Shown here piece after piece: positions 57,434 to 64,000 of a stretch of DNA of 64,000 nt; position 1 is the first letter of the stretch; every line of letters starts with the position of its first letter. A program made the position numbers and the translations under genes. The stretch is from an uncultured Gammaproteobacteria bacterium (GTDB taxonomy: Bacteria; Pseudomonadota; Gammaproteobacteria; Magnimaribacterales; Magnimaribacteraceae): the NCBI GenBank assembly GCA_964614345.1, contig CAZTLP010000004.1, forward strand, positions 2,491 through 66,490, given 5' to 3'. A model generated the notes under the pieces. It was not told the DNA's origin, ran no database searches, and was given only the letters and a program-made list of their open reading frames with translations.

Positions 57434-58529
57434 GGGTAAAATCCTCGGTGTGCTCTCCTAATTCGGCTACCTTGCCTCCCAAGGAAGGCGGAGTTTCCAT
57501 TAATCTAAAGGGGATGCTAGGAACAGTTAACTTACTCTCATCTGGCAAAATTGCTGATGTGAAGGCATCTCGTTCTAAAAACTGATCTACATTTAGAAGT
57601 TCTTCCATAGTTGGAACTCTTGCTAAAGGTATCTTTTGCTCTTGGGCTTTATAGAAGAGATCATTGGAAGTAAAAGTTAATAAACTCTCTTGAATAACAG
57701 GTTCTATTATCTCTATAGCTTGTAATCTTCCTAAAGAAGTTTGGTATTCAGGAACAAAAGCAAATTGCTCCATATTTAGAAGCTTACAAAAGGCATGCCA
57801 TTGACTGGGGGTTAGAACTGTTAACCCGATCCACCCCTCTTTACAAGGGAAAACACCCAATGGGTAAGTAGGAGCAAACCTATTAACACCCAATCTTTTT
57901 CCCTCTAGACCTGTATTGAAAAATGAAACTGCCCCCACCTCTGTAAGACAAAGACAAGCTTCAAAAATACTAGTCTCCAACAATTTAGGGTTTTGATTGT
58001 TTCCTAGTTCCATTCCTATGATTTGTCCTAGGCTTCCTGCAAAGGCTGCCATTCCTCCCACGATCTGAGCCTGGTAGCCTGTTGGAATAATAGGAGGTCC
58101 TTCAATGGAACCTAGTCCACGAAGCATTCCATTTAATGCAAAACATTGTGCATCTGTACCGATAAAGTCTTCGTAATCACCGCCTTTCCCATACCAGCTA
58201 ATTTCGGAAAGAATACTTTTCGCCATTGAAGAAAGTTCTGAATCCTTTCCATTACTTAGAACCAAATCGGCACTGGAAATTAATGTTTTAATGGCGTCTT
58301 TTTTTAGCTTGTCTCTTCTAATGCTGAGCTTTTTGGTATTTAAATAAGCATGCATAGCACTTTCATCCCTTTCGTGAAGGAAAGGTGGAGATTTTCTAGT
58401 TTCAAAACCTTCTTTAGGTTCAAGGTTTATTACTTCAGCACCGTAATCAGAAAAAATTTTAGAACAGTATTCAGTACTTATGGAGCCACTAATATCTACT
58501 ATTCTTAATCCTTCCAGTGCTTTAGACAT
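57423..58529 (-). CDS. Family III CoA-transferase (CaiB/BaiF), second copy
   Basis: 368 aa with LRIVDISGSISTEYCSKIFSDYGAEVINLEP. It overlaps the downstream paralogue by 11 nt. Confidence 0.85.
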   Translation of the reverse strand: MSKALEGLRIVDISGSISTEYCSKIFSDYGAEVINLEPKEGFETRKSPPFLHERDESAMHAYLNTKKLSIRRDKLKKDAIKTLISSADLVLSNGKDSELSSMAKSILSEISWYGKGGDYEDFIGTDAQCFALNGMLRGLGSIEGPPIIPTGYQAQIVGGMAAFAGSLGQIIGMELGNNQNPKLLETSIFEACLCLTEVGAVSFFNTGLEGKRLGVNRFAPTYPLGVFPCKEGWIGLTVLTPSQWHAFCKLLNMEQFAFVPEYQTSLGRLQAIEIIEPVIQESLLTFTSNDLFYKAQEQKIPLARVPTMEELLNVDQFLERDAFTSAILPDESKLTVPSIPFRLMETPPSLGGKVAELGEHTEDFTHDE

Positions 58530-58622
58530 GCCCTTACTTTATCAAACTGATTATTACCCCACATTGTACTTGTCTAAAAATGGTATTAACATTAATACAA
58601 AGTTACATTTATTGGAGGTTAT

Positions 58623-59162
58623 ATGTTCACTAGAATGGATGAAGGTACAAGGGAAGATTGGGAGCATATTGGTGCTGAACATCTTCCACATATAGTAGAT
58701 ATGCCTAATAGGATTATATCTATGCTTGAGCAACTAGAAAGTTTTACAGGTGGATTTGCCGTGGATCAACTACACCATAGTCTTCAAACTGCAACCATGG
58801 CAAGAAATGCAGGGGCAAGTGATGAAATGATTTTAATAAGCTTAATCCACGATATTGGCAAGGTTATTAATGTTGTTGGACATGGAGAAATATGCGCAGA
58901 AATTATTAAGCCTTATGTCAGTGAGGATGCTTATCATATTATTAGGACACATCAAGATTTTCAGGGTGAGCATTATTATCATTACCAAGGAAAGCCAAGA
59001 GACCTAAGAAAACAATATGTAGATGAATCTTGGTACGACAAAGCCACTGAGTTTACCGATGATTGGGATCAGCAAGCTTTTGATCCCGAATTTAAAGTGG
59101 ATAGTTTAGAGAGTTTCAAACCTCTGATTCAGCAGTTCTTTGGTGCCCCTAAACAAGCTTAG
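58623..59162 (+). CDS. HD-domain metalloprotein (phosphohydrolase or diiron oxygenase type)
   Basis: 179 aa. LHHSLQTA, then LIHDIGK 24 residues later, then further His/Asp residues (GHGE, RTHQDF, DDWDQQAFDP). Confidence 0.75.
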   Translation: MFTRMDEGTREDWEHIGAEHLPHIVDMPNRIISMLEQLESFTGGFAVDQLHHSLQTATMARNAGASDEMILISLIHDIGKVINVVGHGEICAEIIKPYVSEDAYHIIRTHQDFQGEHYYHYQGKPRDLRKQYVDESWYDKATEFTDDWDQQAFDPEFKVDSLESFKPLIQQFFGAPKQA

Positions 59163-59165
59163 CTT

Positions 59166-60017
59166 GTGCGTCAGTTATCTGAGAAAGAAATACAAAATCA
59201 CGCTTCCGAAATAGCTAGTCAAGGCTATTCCATTATGGAGGATGTAATTGATGAGGCATTTAGGTCACAGCTACTTGAAGAATTGGATAGGCTCGAGTCA
59301 GTTCGTCCGGGCGGAGACATTCCACCCGGTCCTTTTACAGGTTTTGTAACAAGACGATGGTTTGATTTATTGAATGATAGTGATATTTGGCAGCAGGTTG
59401 CTATTAATCAAGCTGTATTATCAGTTCTCCCTCATGTATTAGGAGAAGATTTTCTTTTGTCGACCATGGGTAGTGCAGTGATTGGACCTGGTGAAGAATC
59501 TCAGATGCTTCATGTGGATGATGGGGTCTATCAATTTCCAAGACCTCATCCTAATTTAGTTTGCAACACAATGTGGGCTTTGTCTGATTTTACTTTTGAA
59601 AACGGAGCTACTTTAGTGGTTCCTGAAAGTAATAATTGGGATCACGATCCAGTTATGGGAAAAGACTACAAAACAACTTCCTTAGAAATGCCAGCAGGAA
59701 GTATCGCTTTCGTAGTGGGCACTTGTTACCACGGTGCAGGAGCCAATACCACAGATGAGATTAGGTGGGCTTTAACTATTAATTATTGTAATGGCTCCAT
59801 GCGTCAGCAAGAAAATCTTATGCTTGGAATTAAACCTGAACGGATGATGACATTTCCTCAAGAACTACAAAACATATTAGGTTTTAAGATATGTAAAGGG
59901 GCGGGGCATATTTTTGCTTCCGATCCAAGAACAGAATTATTTAACAGGTACGGGGAAGGGACTGTTGAAGATGAGTATCTTGATCGTAGGAATAGACTTC
60001 ATTCCAAACGAGATTAA
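59166..60017 (+). CDS. PhyH-family Fe(II)/2-oxoglutarate dioxygenase
   Basis: 283 aa. The GTG start lies 3 nt after the HD gene stop. Motifs are MLHVDD, GATLVVPESN and CYHGAGANTTD. Confidence 0.8.
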   Translation: MRQLSEKEIQNHASEIASQGYSIMEDVIDEAFRSQLLEELDRLESVRPGGDIPPGPFTGFVTRRWFDLLNDSDIWQQVAINQAVLSVLPHVLGEDFLLSTMGSAVIGPGEESQMLHVDDGVYQFPRPHPNLVCNTMWALSDFTFENGATLVVPESNNWDHDPVMGKDYKTTSLEMPAGSIAFVVGTCYHGAGANTTDEIRWALTINYCNGSMRQQENLMLGIKPERMMTFPQELQNILGFKICKGAGHIFASDPRTELFNRYGEGTVEDEYLDRRNRLHSKRD

Positions 60018-60116
60018 AAGAAATAAATTACTTTACTCAATAATTAACTTTAATTTTTTCTTTTATTTTTGTAATTAAAGAGTATCTTTCATATAGAAAA
60101 TAATTCAAGTTACTAA

Positions 60117-61388
60117 TTGAACGAAGACTTAAGGATTTCATTATCTCAAGCTGAGACCTTCCAAGATCATAAGGCTGTCCACGAGATATTCACAGAACTT
60201 CGAAAGGAAGACCCAGTTTCTTGGTGTCCAGAAACGGAAGGGGGTTCTGGGTTTTGGTCAATAACCAAGTACGATGACATTCAGTTTGTATCAAAAAACC
60301 CAAAATTATTCAGTTCAGATAGAGTACATGGAGGAATTACTTTTCCTTCTCAGGAGGCTAGACGTTTACGAAATATTTCTAGAGGAAAAGAAGTACAAGA
60401 TAAGTTTAAAAAATTAAATATATTAGAGGCGGGTGACAGTATGATCCAGATGGATCCTCCTAGGCATACCAAACATAGACATATGGTGGCACCGGGATTC
60501 TCGCCTAAAAGACTTTCGAATCTAACTCCTCAAATTAGAAAACGTTGTGTCGATATTCTCAACCAGATTACAGGTAAAGGGAGGTGTGAATTCATTTCTT
60601 CAGTGGCTGCAGAATTACCTATTCAGATGCTCGCAGAACTTTTTGGTGTTGACCAGGAAGATAGATCCAAGTTGCTAGGGTGGTCCAATATCATAATAGG
60701 AGGTGATGATCCTGACATGCGTGTAGACAATGATCACGTTATAACAGCACTCACTGAGCTATATCAGTATGCTATTGATTTGCATCAAAAACGTACTGAA
60801 GAACCTGGAGAAGATCTTATCTCCATGCTTGCCAACACTAAAGTTGATGGGGAATTGACAAGTATCAATGATTACATATCTGCCTTCATTCTTTTAATAG
60901 TTGCTGGTAATGAAACAACTCGTAATTCTATAAGCGGCGGGGTTCTCGCGTTAAGCCAACACCCAGAAGAAAAACAAAAACTCCTTAATGATCCATCAAT
61001 CATAACCAATGCAGTGGATGAAATTATTCGTTGGGTGCATCCTGTAATCTACATGGCTCGAACAGCTTTAGAAGATATAAAACTAGGAGATCAAAATATC
61101 AAAAAAGGTGACAGGCTAGTTCTTTGGTATATGTCAGGCAATCGTGATGAAGATAAATGGGAAGATCCTTTTTTATTTAAAGTCACCAGAAACGGTCCAC
61201 GTCATTTAAGCTTTGGTTATGGACAACACTTATGTATAGGCTGGCACCTAGCAGAAATTCAACTTACTGTCTGTATTGAAGAGTTGCTTAAACGTTTTCC
61301 AGATTTTGAAGTAAAAGGAGATGTTAAAAGATTGAGATCAAACTTCTTAAACAGTATCAAGCATATGGAAGTACATTATTCTGGTTAA
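60117..61388 (+). CDS. Cytochrome P450
   Basis: 423 aa with a TTG start. I-helix AGNETT, the ExxR motif, and the heme-thiolate loop FGYGQHLCIG. Confidence 0.92.
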   Translation: MNEDLRISLSQAETFQDHKAVHEIFTELRKEDPVSWCPETEGGSGFWSITKYDDIQFVSKNPKLFSSDRVHGGITFPSQEARRLRNISRGKEVQDKFKKLNILEAGDSMIQMDPPRHTKHRHMVAPGFSPKRLSNLTPQIRKRCVDILNQITGKGRCEFISSVAAELPIQMLAELFGVDQEDRSKLLGWSNIIIGGDDPDMRVDNDHVITALTELYQYAIDLHQKRTEEPGEDLISMLANTKVDGELTSINDYISAFILLIVAGNETTRNSISGGVLALSQHPEEKQKLLNDPSIITNAVDEIIRWVHPVIYMARTALEDIKLGDQNIKKGDRLVLWYMSGNRDEDKWEDPFLFKVTRNGPRHLSFGYGQHLCIGWHLAEIQLTVCIEELLKRFPDFEVKGDVKRLRSNFLNSIKHMEVHYSG

Positions 61389-61434
61389 TAGTCTTCTGAT
61401 ACAACGCATATTTACTGAGTGATAGAATACTAAG

Positions 61435-62661
61435 ATGAGTAAGGAGCCCTATATTCTTATTACTGCAGACACCCATGCTGGTGGCAGTCATGCTCAATAT
61501 AGAGATTATCTAGACCCAAAATATCGAGAACAATTTGATGAGTGGAGAGGAGGTTATAAGAATCCTTCTCAAGAACACTACGGGGAAAAGAAAAAGCGTA
61601 ATTGGGATTTAGATATCCGTACCAAGGATCAAAACAGTCAAGGAGTAGTAGGTGAAGTTGTTTTTCCCAACACAGTGCCACCTTTTTTTAAGAAAAGTAT
61701 AGTTACAGCTCAACCTCCATCGCCCGAAGAATACAAACTCTGTTTAGAGGGTATTAGAGCTCATAATCGTTGGCTCAAAGATTTTTGTGCGGAAGACCCT
61801 GACCGGCGTGCTGGAGTTGGTTTGATTTTACCCAACGATATGGATGAGGCAGTAAAGGATATTGAGTTTATAGCAAAAGCAAACTTACGCGGTGGTGTGT
61901 TATTACCTCTTATTCCTCCAGATTGTGAGTGGCTTACTCCCTTGTACGACCCTTCTTGGGACAAACTTTTTGCGGCCATTCAAGACCATGATCTTGTGAT
62001 AAACCAACATTCAGGTCAAGGTTCTCCTAGATACGGCAATAGTCTGGTAGGAGAAGCTTTATGGATTTCAGAAGTAACTTTCTATTGTCAGGCTGGTTTC
62101 CGTCATCTTTTGATGAGTGGTGTATTCGAGCGCTTTAGTAAGTTGAAGTACATACTTACCGAGTCAGGCTGCTCTTGGGTAGCTCCGATGTTAGCTCAAC
62201 TGGATGGTATCCACTTGGGTATAGAGTTTGGAGCAATAGGAGAAATGCATTACGAAGGTGAATGGGTTTTAAAAGAATTACCCAGTGTATATGCTCAACG
62301 TAACTGTTGGTATGGAGCTAGTTTTCCCAGTAAAGCTGAACTAGATGGAATTGATAAAATTGGTGTAGAGCGAGTCCTTTGGGGGAATGACTACCCTCAT
62401 TATGAGGGGACGTTTCCATACAATCTGGAATCGCTTCGTCTAACATTTAATGATATATCCGAAACAGATCGTCGTTTGCTCCTGGGTGAAAACGCTGCAG
62501 AACTATACAACTTTGACCTAGAAAAATTACGACCTTTAGCCAATCAGTATGGACCTACACCAAGTCAAGTGGATCAACCATTAGCCCGAGAAGAAATTCC
62601 AGCTGACGCTACAGGGGTTATTTTTCGGAATGCTCTGTTCAATCAACCCAGTGAGGGATAG
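61435..62661 (+). CDS. Metal-dependent amidohydrolase (amidohydrolase_2/ACMSD-like family)
   Basis: 408 aa with ITADTHAG near the N-terminus and VLWGNDYPHYEG near the C-terminus, typical of the TIM-barrel amidohydrolase_2 group. Confidence 0.7.
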   Translation: MSKEPYILITADTHAGGSHAQYRDYLDPKYREQFDEWRGGYKNPSQEHYGEKKKRNWDLDIRTKDQNSQGVVGEVVFPNTVPPFFKKSIVTAQPPSPEEYKLCLEGIRAHNRWLKDFCAEDPDRRAGVGLILPNDMDEAVKDIEFIAKANLRGGVLLPLIPPDCEWLTPLYDPSWDKLFAAIQDHDLVINQHSGQGSPRYGNSLVGEALWISEVTFYCQAGFRHLLMSGVFERFSKLKYILTESGCSWVAPMLAQLDGIHLGIEFGAIGEMHYEGEWVLKELPSVYAQRNCWYGASFPSKAELDGIDKIGVERVLWGNDYPHYEGTFPYNLESLRLTFNDISETDRRLLLGENAAELYNFDLEKLRPLANQYGPTPSQVDQPLAREEIPADATGVIFRNALFNQPSEG

Positions 62662-62663
62662 TT

Positions 62664-63527
62664 ATGAATATGCCTAAAGGCATTGGGATAGTTGATACCA
62701 TGATCGGCTTCCCAGCCAATGATTTTTCTCAATACGATTTCATCCGCAAACAACTAAAAGACGGATCCACTGATCTTGATTTTCCGGTTGAATACATGTT
62801 TAAAAATGTTCCTAAAGAACTATATGGGAATAAAGATCCCATCTCAGTAACTTTACATGAGATGGATAGATTTGGCATAGAGATCGGCCTTATTGGAGCA
62901 GGTGGGGATGTCAGCCTGGAAGCGCTTAAAACCCATTCAGATCGGTTTGTAGCACAAGGGAGTGTTGATCCTAATAAAGGTAAGGAAGGTATTCGAAACA
63001 TGGTGCGCCAGTACGAAGAGTTTGGTGTGCGGTCATTCGGAGCTTTTAATTCAGGTTTCGATCCTCAGGTTGGTATTGATGATGAACTTATGTATCCGAT
63101 CTATGATAAATGTGTGGAACTTGATGTTCCAATTTTCTCCTGTGCCGGTGTTCCTGGACCTAGATTGCCCATGTGGCCACAACATGTGGAACGGATTGAT
63201 AAAGTAATGTACGATTTTCCTGAGTTAGTTTTTGTAACAAGACATGGCTGTGAACCCTGGGTAGATCTTGCAGTTAAGTTAATGTTGAAATGGCCAAATC
63301 TTTATTATTCTACTTCGGCTTTCGCTCCTAAATATTACCCGAAAGAAATCATTGATTACGCTAATACGCGTGGAGCCGATAAGGTGATTTATGCTGGCTA
63401 TTTTCCAATAGGGCTTTCATTAGAAAGGATCATGAAAGATATGCAAAATGTTACTTTCAAAGATGAAGTTTGGCCAAAGTTTCTACGCGGAAATGCATGT
63501 AAAGTTTTAAAAATAGAAGATCAATAA
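62664..63527 (+). CDS. Metal-dependent amidohydrolase (amidohydrolase_2 family), second copy
   Basis: 287 aa, starting 2 nt after the previous stop. It has the TRHGCEPW and VIYAGYFP blocks and a size consistent with the family. Confidence 0.65.
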   Translation: MNMPKGIGIVDTMIGFPANDFSQYDFIRKQLKDGSTDLDFPVEYMFKNVPKELYGNKDPISVTLHEMDRFGIEIGLIGAGGDVSLEALKTHSDRFVAQGSVDPNKGKEGIRNMVRQYEEFGVRSFGAFNSGFDPQVGIDDELMYPIYDKCVELDVPIFSCAGVPGPRLPMWPQHVERIDKVMYDFPELVFVTRHGCEPWVDLAVKLMLKWPNLYYSTSAFAPKYYPKEIIDYANTRGADKVIYAGYFPIGLSLERIMKDMQNVTFKDEVWPKFLRGNACKVLKIEDQ

Positions 63528-63600
63528 TTCGAGAAGGGTAAAAAAGTAATATGCTTCATCAGGCTCAACTATTGCTTCGAACAAAAAATTTAGACAGAAG

Positions 63601-64000
63601 TTAGTTTTTGACAAAATTCGCGATACTCATCGCTGTCTCATCGCTTACTTCAGGTAGCCCTAAGAAAATCTCCGTACCATGAATAGACCCCATTACTTGT
63701 CGACACTGAGCTTCGACATCAGCTTCTCTCAACAATCGAAAGAAGTTTACCCCTTCATCTCTTAAGGGATCACATTCGTTGACGATAATATAAGTCTTAG
63801 GTAGTCCTTTTACATCCTCGACAGAGGCAAAACTAGGCCATGCAAGTGGATTCTTATTGTGATACTCCTCGATGCCATAAATAATTGCTCCGAAGGACTC
63901 GTTGGTTTCCGAATGAAGACTTAACAAAATCCCCTCGTTTTCTTCAGAGGAAGGGTTTTCAGGCAAGGGCCAATAACCAGCAATATATGGACATAAGGCA
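63601..64000 (-). CDS. Alpha/beta hydrolase fold-3 esterase/lipase (HSL family), 5' end beyond the window
   Basis: The frame stays open to base 64000 (...ALCPYIAGYWPLPENP). The C-terminal catalytic blocks are NECDPLRDEG (Asp) and GSIHGTE (His). Confidence 0.7.
   Translation of the reverse strand, partial: ALCPYIAGYWPLPENPSSEENEGILLSLHSETNESFGAIIYGIEEYHNKNPLAWPSFASVEDVKGLPKTYIIVNECDPLRDEGVNFFRLLREADVEAQCRQVMGSIHGTEIFLGLPEVSDETAMSIANFVKN

Overview
AT-rich chromosomal segment with compact, often overlapping genes. Hand counts of 100-nt samples give about one-third G+C. Gene content and order point to a gammaproteobacterium, probably a streamlined marine lineage (inference from synteny only). 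All calls rest on motifs read by eye, since no searches could be run.

Bases 1-45.8 kb are mostly core housekeeping:
- cell-wall block: mpl and nadD-rsfS-rlmH-mrdA-rodA-mltB-dacA-dat
- holA-lptE-leuS and accBC-aroQ
- ilvD, trxA-rho, rsmD
- bamD/rluD-pgeF, ilvIH-ilvC, pssA

Three things stand out.
1. Bases 29978-37065 hold three tandem, anciently diverged paralogues of a ~770-aa secreted protein. Each has a CBM9/DOMON-like N-terminal region and a beta-barrel-type C-terminus ending in YRF. They sit directly behind a flavin reductase gene.
2. A stand-alone tRNA-Ile(GAU) at 45849-45925 has its 3' end repeated: 45/45 nt at 47501-47545 and 22 nt at 53507-53528. These copies delimit two stacked islands with no integrase. 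The inner 1.6-kb unit carries one clearly G+C-richer class IV aminotransferase gene, bracketed by mirrored ATTCACAC direct repeats and TGTTCTG.AGAACA palindromes.
3. From 53.5 kb to the window end lies a dense oxidative/catabolic cluster: three PhyH-type dioxygenases, two family III CoA-transferases, an HD-domain protein coupled to one of the PhyH dioxygenases, a P450, two amidohydrolases and an esterase.

I saw no CRISPR array, rRNA gene, transposase, integrase or recognisable defence gene.
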